From contig CM022670.1 in assembly GCA_012295275.1 (NCBI GenBank), positions 11,656,001-11,720,000 of the forward strand: 64,000 bases of DNA, read 5' to 3'. Positions within the stretch are counted from its first letter, which is position 1; each line of letters opens with the position of its first letter. Both the position numbers and the translations under genes were made by a program. The notes under the pieces are model-generated. The model had not been told where the DNA came from. It worked only from the letters and a program-made list of their open reading frames with translations, and ran no database searches. This stretch comes from Chrysomallon squamiferum. Taxonomy: Eukaryota; Animalia; Mollusca. Below are positions 28,189 through 43,200 of this stretch, in pieces.

Positions 28189-28430
28189 TTATGACTTATT
28201 AAAGCACGAATATCGCTAATAAAGCTTTAATTCATTGCAGTAAAAAATTGTATTAGTGTTGCAAAAGGATGGATGACAATCAGATTTGTGTTTTGCCACT
28301 TCATTCAGTTTCTGTATTAATGTAATTACTTATGAGTACTAAAATGTCGATATTGCTAATAAAGTAATTATTAAAAAGGATGATACTTAGTGTATGTGAC
28401 TAACACTTCATTCAGTTTCAGTATTAATTA
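28189..28430. repeat. Degenerate tandem duplication of about 100-130 bp
   Basis: ttatga..gctaataaag..aaaaggatg..cacttcattcagtttc.gtattaat occurs twice. Confidence 0.7.
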
Positions 28431-28697
28431 TAACTGATTAATTCTTCAATATTCCTAATAAGATTTTAAAATTCTTAATTCATTATAATAATCAAATTAT
28501 AAAATTTCCACAAATAATGGCCACATGAAGTTTAAATTTTTGATAATTCAAAGTAAAAATTGTACAGAATTTAAAATGTAAAAACTGCTCTTGAAATAAT
28601 ACTGGATTCACTATGTACCAGCTTATCAAAGTTGTGTTTATCATTATAGAAAATAAATGTTTTTAATTTTTTAGTTCATTAAAATAAAAAATATATA

Positions 28698-29699
<1,002 letters not shown>

Positions 29700-29716
<17 letters not shown>

Positions 29717-29950
29717 CAGTGGGCAGCATCACCCTTTTGACGCCAATAAATGTTGGCGATAAAAATAATTAATTTGCAGTTTCTCCTATCTTTCATTCAA
29801 TGTCCATTGTAATTCAGAATTCTTTATGGAATGGCTGTGAAGGAATAGGGGCACTGGAGATGAAGATAGGAAGTCAAGACGATGTTGACTCCAAAAATGT
29901 TTTAAAGCTGATCTCTTTTATAGTAATCAATACTAGTGATAAAGTCTTAA
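29700..29950 (+). pseudogene. Cadherin-repeat remnant
   Basis: FRIHIS/GSITLLTPINVGDKNN*FAV (29703-29781), AVKE* (29834-29848), KIGSQDDVDSKNVL (29863-29904). The - strand reads TDVDSELGGE over the same DNA. Confidence 0.5.
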
Positions 29951-30747
29951 ATATTTATTAATTAAAAAAAATAAAATGAAATAAATAAAAAAATGGTGTA
30001 GAAAAGATCAGTGATGTTCCCAAGTTGTTTTCTTTGTTGTTGATCATCGTGGGCTGTGATGATGGCATTATCAGAACATTTTACAAATATCATTAAATCA
30101 TCCCGAATTCTTTTTAATAATAAGATCAATTCAGCATTTAAAAAAAAAAAATTTGAAAGATTTATTGATGATAAACCTACAAGGAAACACTTAATGAAGC
30201 ATGAAAAAAGATCTCTCAGTTGAGACCGAAATTTTATTTATAGTTGAAGATCTGTGTGCTGTATCAAACCCAGTGTGACATTTGTAATTTATCTCAAATC
30301 AATAGGAGTGAAGAATACTTTCCTTGCAGTGAAAAGCACCAGCTTCTTCAATGAGCAGTAAACAGCACTACACAGCTATTAATAAAACATTTAAAATTAT
30401 TCTTGAAGAAATTGTTTTTCCTTTTTTATAAATTAAAAAAGTATTGTTTGGTCGTCTTTGTTGAAATCATAGATAATCAACTTAGTTTGCATGTGTTGTC
30501 TGTTAGAATCAATCAGAACATTAGAAACAGGACTCATTATATGTAAATTAACAGTTTTTTGAATTCAGACACTTATTTAATTAAGATTTTAATTTTTCTG
30601 AAGATTTCTGTTTGCCATTCAGTTTTCATTTCTGGTGTCATAGAATTAATTTTTAAAAAGAAGCTGCATTAAGATTGAAAATTGTTTTTTAAATATAAAA
30701 TTTTTTATTGCCTGAATGACCAGCAGTTTGTTTATTTATTTATTTGT

Positions 30748-30830
<83 letters not shown>

Positions 30831-30851
30831 TTATTTTGGTAAAATGATTCT

Positions 30852-30887
<36 letters not shown>

Positions 30888-30996
30888 ATATTATGTTGAT
30901 TTTTTTTCCACGATTTTAAACACACAAATTAAAACAATTCAAAACTGCATTCATTAATATATACTTTTTTTTTTTTTTTTTTAAATTCACCTCCAG

Positions 30997-31287
30997 GTGG
31001 CACTTTCCAGGAAGATAATGCGCTATCACCAAAGTGGCTACATTGACGATCTGACAGACGTGCATTTTGCTGATGCTCAGTGTTTCAAGCAGCGAATCAC
31101 ACAGGAAGACTCGCAGCTCGAGGTGCAGCATCACGCCGGACTCTTCGTAATGATGTGTGTGGGCATCATCATCGGCGTCATTGTGTACTTCATCGAGTAC
31201 GCCGTCTACAAGTGGGTTGTGCCCAAGGCGAGGAGTGCGCCAGAACAAAGCAAGTGGAAGAGTTCTCACGTGATGTTCTTCAGCCAG
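30997..31287 (+). CDS. GRIN3: GluN3-type NMDA receptor, visible exon 5 (S2 end, M4)
   Basis: Acceptor ctccag|GTG, donor CAG|gtctgt. SRKIMRYHQSGYIDDL...AGLFVMMCVGIIIGVIVYFIEY...FFSQ. Confidence 0.93.
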
Positions 31288-31339
31288 GTCTGTAGACTCA
31301 GCTCGTTATCCAGCCACGTGAACTGTTTGTACTGACAAA

Positions 31340-32050
31340 CAGCACACGGGCTTATGTCTGAATGAGAAAATAATGCGATAATCTTCAAAGTATTGGTAAT
31401 ATCTATAAATTAATAAAGTGTTGATAAACACACAGCTAATGTCTGAATGATAAAATAATGCGATGATCTTCAAAGTATTGGTAATATCTATAAATTAATA
31501 AAGTGTTGATAAACACCCAGCTAATATATATAAATTAATAAAGTATTATAATACACAGTTAATATCTGAATTAATAAAATAATCTGTTAGTGGAAGCATT
31601 GGTAATATCTGTAAATTACTAAAGTATTACAATACATAGTTAATATCTATAAATTAATAAAGTATTGATAAACAACAGCTATTATATAAATTAATATAGA
31701 TAAACACACCCTTAATATCTGAATATAAAATAATAAAATAATAATAAACAAAGTATTATAATAAAGTATTATAATACACATTAAATATCTAAATTAATAA
31801 AATATTGATAATATACAGTTAATATCTTTAAATTAATAAAGTATTGATAAAACACTGTTGATATCTATAAATTAATAAAGTATTGATAATACAGTTAATA
31901 TCTATAAAGTAATAAAGTATTGATAATACAGTTAATATCTGTAAATTACTAAAATATTGATAATACAGTTAATATCTATAAATTAATAAAGTATTGATAA
32001 TATACATTTAAATATATAAAATAATAAAGTATTGATAACACACATAATAT
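31340..32050. repeat. AT-rich minisatellite with an about 38-bp unit, immediately 3' of the M4 exon
   Basis: taatatctataaattaataaagtattgataatac(ac)agt repeated more than a dozen times, with longer higher-order units at the 5' end. Confidence 0.9.
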
Positions 32051-32985
32051 TTGAACTAAGAAAATATTGAAAATACACAATATAACAAACTAATATTATT
32101 ATTGAAAGAAACTGAACTGTTAATGAGGTTCACAATGATAAGTTTGACAAACAAATTATGTTATTCTGAAAACAACCATTAACTGAATCTGCTGTTTGTA
32201 ATCATTATCTTTATGGAAGCTTTTTTTTGATAATTAATTTCATTTGGTATTTTATTCAGTAAAGAACCATTGTTTAAATATTGTATTTATATTGTTATAT
32301 TACCAGATTAATTTAAAATTATTTTAATGTTTATTGTTATATGTTTTGACTTTTTTGTTTTAATATTATCATTTAACATTACATATTTCAGCCATCTGAT
32401 TAAACTGATTTAAAAAGTTAATTTAATATTAAAATAATGTTATGTTTGCAGAGTGATTTATAAGACAAAATATCAGAATTTATATCTAGCTGTCATAAGT
32501 TATACATTTCAGTAAATATGTGAAATTGGATATTTTATTGTTCTTCCAAAAGTAATATCAGTTTACAAAATTGTAGTGTTTATGAAGTTACTCTGATGTG
32601 GATATCTGATTTGCTGGTATTAAAGTAATTAAGTACAGTAGCAATTTAATAATAACTTCAACAAGATAACATGATTACTTGTGTTTTTGTAAATAATTTA
32701 GTCTACAAACAGCAAATTCATAATCTGCAGCTATAATGTAAGTCACTGTTATGTCCTATAATTTTATTTTAATTTTTAAATTTTTATTATTATTTTATTT
32801 TATTATTAAAGTAGGAATGTTGTTTAGTCTTCTACTATTACTACAAGAATAATATAAATATTTTTAAAATAATAAATTAAGACAAATGCATTTAGTTTTT
32901 TTATTTTATCAAATTTGCCTAGATATTTGAACTGATATTTGTTGTTTATATGACGTTGTTGTCGTTGTTGTTGTTGTTTTGACAG

Positions 32986-33105
32986 AGGTTACATCGATGC
33001 ATCATCAGTGCTGAACTGTTATCGGCGAACGACTCTGCTCGCGAGATGCTTGACATCATCCGTAACAGAGAGTTTGCCAGACTGTTCCAGAAAAGCACAA
33101 TCAGA
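32986..33105 (+). CDS. GRIN3: GluN3-type NMDA receptor, visible exon 6 (proximal C-tail)
   Basis: Acceptor gacag|AGG, donor AGA|gtaagt, 120 nt in frame. SQ|RLHRCII matches the SQRLHR stretch of vertebrate GluN3A. Confidence 0.88.
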
Positions 33106-33231
33106 GTAAGTGTTTAATTAAAACAAAAATTTTCAAAAAAAAAGTCGACGACATTTGAGTACGTATCAACTGAATAAACATCAAATGGAAAGTATTTAAA
33201 CCCTTTCTGCACTTTACAAGAAATAAAATTA

Positions 33232-33267
<36 letters not shown>

Positions 33268-33849
33268 TCATTTGCAATATTCTTATTTAGTTTCAGAATT
33301 ACATATTTTTAGATTATATAATTATTCCAAGATAATTTCATTTTTCTGAAGCCTTTATTAAGTCAAAAAAAAAAACCCATCCATTTTGTATTTTCTTCTT
33401 TAATAGTCTTGTTATGATGAAGCGAGCTGGAACTCTTTGTAGCTTGCATCCCGGTACAATTGCTAGAATTGTTACGATGTGGTATAATTAAGTTATTCTA
33501 CGCTGTATACAAATAAGAGATAAAGAAATGAATTGCTTTCATGTGCACAACTCGTGTAATTACTAACTGGCTGCAAAATGATCAGAAGCCATTGATTAGT
33601 CTTTTTGGCTTCTTTGCAGATTCAATAAATAGTTGGTTTATTTCATTTGTTATTATACAACAATCAATTCGCGTTGTTCTTGGCTAATTTCTAAGATTAA
33701 AACCCTAATCATCTATTTATATTCTCATTAATTTTTTTTTTTTTTTTTTGTTAATGACGTTAAGCATTAATTTTCTAGATTGTTTTTTTTTTTTTTTTTT
33801 TATGTTATCAGATTAAAATACTGCTTAATGTTAGCTGGGATGTTATACC

Positions 33850-33892
<43 letters not shown>

Positions 33893-34002
33893 CATAGATT
33901 ATAAATAGTAATTCCAGTAAATAATTAAAAAAATTCTGATATTATATTGATTAATTTTACATCATCTGAAAATGAAATATTAATTTACAAATGTACAGAA
34001 AA

Positions 34003-34036
<34 letters not shown>

Positions 34037-34400
34037 TTATAATGATTATTACATGTTGGATCAAATAAGGAAAATGGCAATTATTTTTGTTTGAGAGAGA
34101 AAATGAGCAACACACACACACATTATGTAGAAACCTGTTACAGTATAAAAATATAATCACATCAGTGATAGGCAGAGATGTAGTTAGTAGTGATTTTCTT
34201 TCTGTCCATGACTCAGTGTTAAACAAGGCTAAGACAATTCTGTTGATATTGGAATACAGTTTTAGCATTTACAAACTGCTTTTGTTGTGTTCATTAACCA
34301 TGTATTGTTATTGTCATTGTTATTGTATTTTATTACTCCTACTATATTACTATTACTTATACTATCACAAACTGCTTTAATTGGATTTTCATTGATCTTG

Positions 34401-34435
<35 letters not shown>

Positions 34436-34440
34436 TTCAG

Positions 34441-34517
34441 AAAAACAAACTTGCTGATATGGCAAAAGCTAAAAGAATCAACAGGAATTTTTATGACATT
34501 GTGGAAAAGGCTAAATG
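34441..34517 (+). CDS. GRIN3: GluN3-type NMDA receptor, visible exon 7 (77 nt, GC donor)
   Basis: Acceptor ttttcag|AAA. KNKLADMAKAKRINRNFYDIVEKAK(W). Only TG|gcaagt restores frame with the last exon. Confidence 0.78.
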
Positions 34518-34888
34518 GCAAGTATAAAAATTAATTCAGTTTGGTTATTTTCCACTTAATATCTACAGTTTTGTTAACAAATAATTATAAATTATAAATT
34601 ATATATTATATATTAAAGATATAAATGAAGTCAAAGAATGTGAAATTCTTAGAACAAGTATAATCCACACCAGACAATACTGTGTTCAAGATAAAAAATT
34701 ATAATAATAAAAATTATACTTCACCAATTTTTTCATGGGTACAATAAATATGACTGACATTTATTTTATCCCATTTTAGCACTAATGGATCTTACCAACA
34801 TCTTTTCAGCATCTTTTCAAAAGCATATTACCACCATCGTGTATAACATGCCCATCAGTTTAAAAACAAAAATAATTCTATATTTTAG

Positions 34889-35648
34889 GTTACAAGAAAT
34901 GAAAGACAACAACCTTATGGACGACTCTGCAGAACTGGAACCTCCAAACATCATTGGGATTCCACTGAAAGAGCTGGGCATGAACGTCGAAAGACCTGTC
35001 TCCATGCAGGACGTGGACAGAATCTCTCGCGACAATGCTGAAGAGAGTCATTCGCAGGAGTGTCTGCTCGGAGGTGAGAAATCGGCTGACACTGCTGCAG
35101 ACATCTTTCTCAACTCGAACGACGAACATTCTGACTCCTCCAGCGAGTCTCTGCTGGGTGCAAGGTCTCCGGAGCACCATGAGCCCGTCCGGTTCGTGTT
35201 GGACTACCCAAACCACGCAGCAGATGTCCAGTCTCCGGGCTCCTCAGACGGGGTTCGCTTCTGGGATTCCTTGCCGAACGGCGACCTCATGGGCTTAAGC
35301 GATGAAACTTCTCCTTCCAGACCAAAACACAGCCAAAACAACCATGTGAAGGAACTGTCCGATGACAGTCCCAACTACACGTCTTCCCACTGTAACAAAG
35401 CCCTCCTGTCCAAAACGAACTTCATGGAAAGGTCGATGTTACAGAAAACGCAGTCATATCAGGACCACCTCTGCCATGCTGAGGAACCTTACGCCGTGGG
35501 TTGTCTGAAGAAAATGACGAAAGAGGAACTCTTGCTGATGTGGAAGACTTCAGAAATAAGGTTAAACAGACAGCTGGCACAGGCACTGAAAGAAAAAGCA
35601 ACCCTAGAACGAAAGCTTGCTCAGTTACAGAGACACTCACCTGTCTGA
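34889..35648 (+). CDS. GRIN3: GluN3-type NMDA receptor, last coding exon (disordered tail, coiled coil, C-terminal -SPV)
   Basis: Acceptor ttttag|G, long GC-richer ORF, heptad segment KEELLLMWKTSEIRLNRQLAQALKEKATLERKLAQLQ, stop TGA 35646-35648. Confidence 0.85.
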
Positions 35649-37207
35649 AAGAAAAAAAAAAAAAAAAAAAATTAAAATTTCAGGGCTTTTCTTTCCCTTT
35701 GGATTTCATGATGCTCCTCTTTGTACATTTTCATCAGCAAATGTGATATCAATTTACTTATTTATTCATTGACTACTACTATTAATTTTAATATTATATG
35801 CAAAATGTTACTGTATTTTAATGACTTGTCGATCACAGATTACAGTCTGTGATTTCATGTTTGTTTGTTTTTTCTAAAATTTAAAAATTGGTTTTGTTTG
35901 GAGACAGAATATAAATGTGAAGTTTGAAATTATTTTATAAATCGTCTATTACCTCTTTTCATATTAAAAACAAATATAATACATGATTTCTTACTGTAAA
36001 TAAATAAATATTGTTATTATTCTTCTTCTTATTATTATCATGCTTTTGTATAAAATTAGGCACTTTTTCAGTATGTGATAGTGCTTTCTAAAAAATGGTT
36101 TAATATTTGTAGATGATGAATGTCAAATTTGTTTCTTTTTAGCACCCAGTCACAAAAGTAAATTTTAATTCACATTTTGTTGTCATAACATTTGTTATTA
36201 CCTAATACTCAGTGACAGGATTAATTTGTCCTATATTTTGTTTTAGAATGATATTGCATGTTGTACACAATAAACTTTTAAAGATTTTTAAGGAAATTAT
36301 TCTTTAGCATTTTACCAAAGATACATTTTAAAAATATATTTGAAACAGTATCTGCTAAAGTTATTGTTATTGATGCTCTTTTGTAAGTGTTACGCTATTA
36401 TTTGCAAAATTGTAAATTAGAGCAGCTTTTTAAATGTCTACATGCATTAATTAAAGATTTATTTTTAAAACAAAATTAATAATAATAATAATAATAATGA
36501 TATTTTTATTCACTCACATTGCAGGCCAATGTTGCATAATAGTTAATCATGACCAAAATTATTTTGCAAGTCATACTAATGAATAGAATACAGTAACAAG
36601 ACAAATTTTTGAAATTCTGAAATAAAGATAAATTTGAAAATGTAAATAATAAGGTTATATATATGATATTAATGCCAAGACTGCTGTTTGTGTTTGACAA
36701 TCAATACTGTTGTTTAGCAAATAGTTCATTTTCCTTTCCTTCTACACTTCATGTATGCTCTTTGTTTTTGTTTTTGTTTGGGGTTTTTTAAAACTACAGT
36801 TTTACACAATTATTTATTGTTTTCAAAATAACAGTAATAATTGATTATTTATCCATTGAAATTGTTCTTCCGAATTAATCATGTTATTGTGATTGTTATT
36901 TAATCTACAGTTTATATATATATATATGTGTATGTATGTATATATATATATATGTATTTATATATGTGTAAATGGATGTGAGTGTATAATGTATATATGA
37001 CTGAATGTTTGTGTACATGTGTTATATATATATATATGAATGTCTGGTTTTCTGTGTTTGGACTTTTTGTCTTGGTCTCTAATGATGTTTACCACTGAAA
37101 GATTGCTGATTGTTATTTTTAAAAGTTCTTTTTGGATATCTTGGTAATAATATCATTTGTTGTATTTCTGTTGTTCTTCACTGAATGGTGTTAAGGAATA
37201 TATCTAC

Positions 37208-37250
<43 letters not shown>

Positions 37251-37262
37251 TATACACATATT

Positions 37263-37362
<100 letters not shown>

Positions 37363-39249
37363 ACACACATGTATACATATATATATATATATTTGGTCAT
37401 GTGTTACTGAAAGATTCATGTTTGTTTTTTAGATTGCAGTGATTGCAAGACACAACGTTACATTAACGTGTCTTCTTTATCTGCTGAAACCATCTACAGA
37501 CACATTTTTTATTTTCTATAAATGTTTCTCCTGGTCTCCATGTATCATTTGTATGGTTACCATTTCAGTTCTGTGTGGGAAGTCGGTAGGAAAAGAATGA
37601 ACAGGTTTTTATTATTTAATGATGAACCTGTTGTTTTTTTTGTTTTTTTTCAGAAGTTCCCTATCTAAGAATATTTTCCATTTTCGACATTATTTTGTTT
37701 ATTTTAGGCAGCCATTTTGGATTTTAATGATTCATTGAAATATCTAAATTATGTTATCTTCCTTGGACAAAATATGGTAAGAATATGATGTAACTGTTCT
37801 CTATCAATTACTAATTAAGGTGCCCAATCCAAATTTATTAAGTTTCTTTCAAAAGCCCAAATAGAAACAGGTGCATTATTAATGTAAAACATCTTACAAA
37901 CTCAGAAATCACAAGAAATATGCACCAGCTTTATTTTGGACTGTTTCAAATCTGTTTTGTGATATATGTATGGCTGACTGAAATAAACTGTACAGAAGCT
38001 GACCTTTTTAAATATTTTACATCAGATTTGATTAAAATATTAGTGTACAGTTGTTTTGATAATCACTTTATTTTTAAAATCATGTGTACATATGATGATA
38101 ATCACCTTCATACTATTGGATGTCAGAAAAATACTCAATTCCTGAACTTGTATTTAATTTTTATTTTTTTTTTTTTTTTGAAATATTAACTGAACAGGAG
38201 TATTTAAAATAATTATTTAATTTTTAATCTGTATGTACATAATTTTGAAACAGATCTTTCTAATTAGAACCATTTGTGTAGAATCAAAAACCAAGTGTGG
38301 ATGAACAATAATAAAATGTTTGTTTTTATTGTCATATTCCCAAATTTTGTTTTTCTGTTTTTACTTTTTGAATAATGCATTTTAAAAAAAAAAAGCCAAA
38401 TAGGGTTTAAAAGAATAATAGTTAAGACTTAAAAAGTTGGGATATGTTAATATTTAATAGCAATGTTTATTTATTTTTTTTTTGGTGCTTAATATATAAA
38501 ACTTATTCTCTATGTCTTGTTGAATTGTACATATTTATTGAAAAAAATGACATCTATTTTATATTTGTCCTGTTTTCAACTAACTTATGGGATGCATTTT
38601 TCAGATGAAATATATTTATTTTGGTAATTTATATAATGTAATCTTATACATAAACTAGTTATGTATTTTTTAAAGTTATAACTTAAAAGCAACCAACAAA
38701 CCAAAAGAAGTATGGAAAACGAAAAGAGAAAAGAACAAGTTTTTTTTCAAGACAGCAAAGCTGTTGTTACCTCATTTCCAATACAGTATTCCAAAGCATC
38801 AATAATGAAATCACATGACGATAATTTGGAATTGACTGGTGTGTTCAAATGATGCAAGATGTAAAAATCTATATTTTTTATGTTTTCAGTACTTCTTATT
38901 AATTAGTGGGTAATTGTAAGGAAATTACCAATATGTAGTCAGAATCACAAAAAGGTCCCAGAAAAATAGAAAATAAAATGAAAATACAACATTTCTTGAT
39001 CATTTTAATTTTATAAGATGCTAACATATTTTTCCAAAACTATTTTGGACATATTCAGTGTGAAGACAAGCCAAGACTCAATTTAGCAACAATCACTAAT
39101 GAAAAATGACTGCCTTTAGTCTGTCTTTAATTTTTGATATAAAGACATGCACAAGAACACACACACACACACAGACACCCACGACACTCCTGTTCATTCT
39201 GTGATCTTTAGATTGTCCAGTGTCCTCTAATCTCACTCATTGGTAAAGT

Positions 39250-40163
39250 TGTGTGTTTTTTATTTGTTTTCGTTTTTTTTAAATACTTGTTTCATCACAC
39301 TAACCATTACAAAAAAAACCAACAACATAAAAATCTTCAGAAACTGCATCACACTTGTTTAGAATCTGGACTGAACGAGTGGCTCTTGTCACCAGAACCA
39401 ACAGCTGTTTCTAGTGCCTCTGTTATCAGTTTCTGTATAATGCATGTTCTTCTTGATGAGTTTTCAAAAGCAATCTGCATTTTCTTCACTTGTGGAGGTT
39501 GGAAGTTTGCAGTCATCGCTGAAATGTTCCAATCCACTTGAAAAACGATTATTCCATCAATAGAATGCAAATTCCTTTGGAACACCGTCTCCATAAACCC
39601 TCACCATAGCAACACAGAATTATTTTTTTTATTTTTTTTTTTTCTCTCTCTCTAATCAAATTGCATTTAAAATTTTGACGTCTTCTCTCATTTCAGTCTC
39701 CTAAACTTCTGGAATACAAGGATGACTTGGTAATGAACCAAAATGAATCTGATTAAAACAAGACACCATAAAGATGTTTGTTTCTAATGTAAAGCTAAAC
39801 AGAATGTGATTCGTTTTCATTTTATTTCATGTTTTCTGGGAAATTTTTGAAGTTAGATGTCTTTGTTCTGTGAAAAAAGTACTGGCTTTTAATTTAGAAT
39901 TTTTTCAGTATATCATAGTTTGTAGAATAAATTTCAAGAGATTATAAAATATTAAGTCACAGAGACCACAATTTGTGGAGCTAAATGAGCAAACTAGCCG
40001 CCAAATACTAGATTATTCTGAATACTGACTTGTCTGTAGTTTGATAATATATTGTTGTACAAGATTATGAAAACAGTTCTCATTTTGTTGAATATTACTC
40101 ATGTATTTGATATTGTGTTCCTTATCAGTTTCGTTTTATCAATTATTTATTTACTTTATTTAC

Positions 40164-40211
<48 letters not shown>

Positions 40212-40849
40212 TTCATACATACGACTGTTACTCAGGACATATCTGGATTACGTGTTAATGCATCTCACTTGTTACGCACCATCTAACATTGTTATAAACA
40301 CGAAAAAACAGCATTCATTGCCATAAATCAAATTATATTCTGATGAAATGACATGTGTAATATGCAAGGCATCGTACAATATTTTATTCTCTTAAATAGG
40401 TCTGACTTACTCGCTGGTCGACTGGGAACCATCACATTACGAAAGACGTAAATGACTTTGAAAACATATCCATGTGTAAACAAATAAATTGGATTCTGAC
40501 CCGTTGTAGTTGTTATTTTCAAAGAGAAAACAAAAAAGACTTTGACATATCATTTCGTTTTATTTGTGAAGAGTGATAAAACATTATTAATGTCAACAAC
40601 ATTGTAAACCAAAGTTACTCGACGAGAAGAGCTTTCGCCACAATCTAAGGGAGAGAATTATTAAATATATGAAAGCAAATTATCTCTCCTGTTCAGAAAG
40701 GAATTAAATGATTTCAAGCAGTTTTAAGTATTCACAAACTTTTTAAATCGTTAAGAAAATAAGCCAGATTAGAATAAACTAACTTAACTGTAATTTCACA
40801 GACTAAACTTTAGGCATTTTCAATGAAGATCGACATTTTTCTTTCTTTT

Positions 40850-40888
<39 letters not shown>

Positions 40889-41729
40889 ACTGGTTTCAGA
40901 GTCAAATTATTTCTTTAGTTCAGAATTTGTTTTAATATAACAGATGCATCCTAAGCTGTTTAATTCAATGTAATATTAAAAACTCTTTATTTTTTGTTTA
41001 CGAACCAGCGGTTATTCAAGATCAGGGTTGCATAATCTTCAACGTGACCAAGGTTTCATTTGCATGGTACCATTATAATATTCCTGTTTTCAGAGTGTGC
41101 ACAATACATTCAAAATACATCCTCTGTCAAAATAGTAGTTAATTAAAATTAATGAAATAAATAAATAAATAAATAAATACGAAACCTCACGTTCCAAGAG
41201 ACTAACTGTATATAATACTATATCTAAAATATATTTTCACTAATAATTTACAAAGTAATAAATTATTTTATTATACGAAGATATTATTTTATTGCCTATA
41301 AGTTCCTCTCTCGTGCCTTTGTCGTAACAATTACGTGCCACTGACCAAAGATCGGCGGGTCTGGTACTCATCCGGCAAATACCGAACTAAATCCCAGTAC
41401 ATGAATTTATCCAAGATCTCGATTAATGTTGTCTCTTCAGTAGACTACTTGCCAAATGTTCGAAGCAGACGAGAATGATTTTAAATATAATGTACTGTTG
41501 ATTCCACAAGACAGCAGCCGACAGCAACAGTTTGTTGTGAGTTACCTGTTATAAAAATGGACCAAGCTGCAGTACATCTGTACGCAAGAATTTTCATTTG
41601 TTTTTTATTGTTTTTAGCTAATAGTGAAAAGCCGGATGCTGTTCACTAACGTAATTATACATAGCTGATAATAAATTATAATAATTAAAAACAAATAACT
41701 GAAAGCATAATATAATATATATATATAGT

Positions 41730-41776
<47 letters not shown>

Positions 41777-42691
41777 TATATAGTCCTACTGGATCATTCG
41801 TTTTCTACAATTTCTACGTATCACATCAAAACCGTCCTCTCTTGAGAACATCGTCTTTGCTGTAAAAGTTTTAAAACTTTATAAAACTTAACACGTGGCT
41901 AGAATACAAACTCTAGACCTCTTTTTGGACTGATTACAGAGATTTTAGTCATTTGGATTCGATAATTCACCCACACCTAACCTTTTTAAAAGAAGTATTT
42001 TAACTCCAGCATTTTTGAAACCAGTAAACTCTGAATGCATCAGACGATATCCAATAGGTGACAGAAATTATTCTCTGTTATTTTCATTCCCGTGTCCTTC
42101 AGTCCAGTTACTCCGTTTGTGCGTACAAATCAGCCCATACACGCATGCACTGACGTATACAGATATGTATACTCATACACACATAATATTTTAAACAAAT
42201 GTACGCACCCTTGTTTCCAGTCCACATTAACTGTTTGATTTCCTTTGCTGTATTTGCGCATAATTTTATGTTCATTTATATGTATGTTTTTTTTTTTTTT
42301 TTTTTATAAATTATACTTTTTATTTCAAAGTGACTCAAAAAATAGACAAATTATTAAAACCAAATATATATATATATTATTATTATACTGGCTGGATTAT
42401 TCGGCTGAATGTCGATTATATGTAATATAATGCATTAAAGCTGTTTCTTTCAACGATTTGGTTGATTAAGCCCGCACCCCGTATCAGCACGTCAATAAAT
42501 CCGGCTTTGGAATAAATGAGTCAGCACAGAGTTACATTGACCCTTATTGGTGTGTCATACTGATACAAAAATATACGTGTGTTTCTTAATTGATTTATTT
42601 ACAGATTCAAATTTAAACATAATGTACGTGGATATTCCAAAATATGTATCACGGTTTACTAAAGTAGATAAATATAACTGTATCAGTGCAT

Positions 42692-42728
<37 letters not shown>

Positions 42729-42790
42729 GGGGGTGATGGTACGTGCGTGTGTTTATGTGTGTGTGTGTGTGTCCATCACTGGATATATAA

Positions 42791-42832
<42 letters not shown>

Positions 42833-43200
42833 GATATTATTATTATTATTATTAACAGGGATATGAATTGTTTATAAACGATTAACAATATTATTAATAC
42901 AAGGATACACATAAAAGGAAAAAATCGAAGAGGAAGTAAAAATCGGCGTGCACTTTTAAGACACGTAAAGAGGCAGACGTTCGCTCCTAGGGAAAACAAA
43001 CTGCAATAATTATTGGAACTTTTTAATTATTACGATCCGTTTGAAACTAAGCAGTTTCAAGGCATGCAGCTCGATTGAAACAATTCCGTTACCTTTCTAC
43101 AAAAGCTGTTTTATTGACAGTATTTTTCCTTTTTGAATCTATGTCAGTAGGACACCGACTAAAGATAACGTCTCTCGTGACAGCTGTTCGGGCCTATTCA
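39250..43200. pseudogene. Cadherin-repeat remnants between GluN3 and FAM110
   Basis: + strand: GTITLRKT/DFEN (40425-40465), FVV/QLRATD/DRRVWYS (41318-41370), DENDFKYNVLLIPQDS (41468-41515), HVARIQTLD (41892-41918), FESMSVGHRLKITS/RDSCSG (43132-43193). Overlapping +/- ORFs at 39251-39594 both carry EC-like motifs. Confidence 0.5.

Noticed and set aside
34785-34888. ATG at 34785 as the start of a separate 287-aa gene
   Set aside because: The coding-like part begins at the acceptor at 34889 and continues the receptor frame.
30916-35640. Antisense and alternative-frame ORFs over GluN3 exons
   Set aside because: Shadow ORFs of GC-richer coding sequence with no recognisable motifs.
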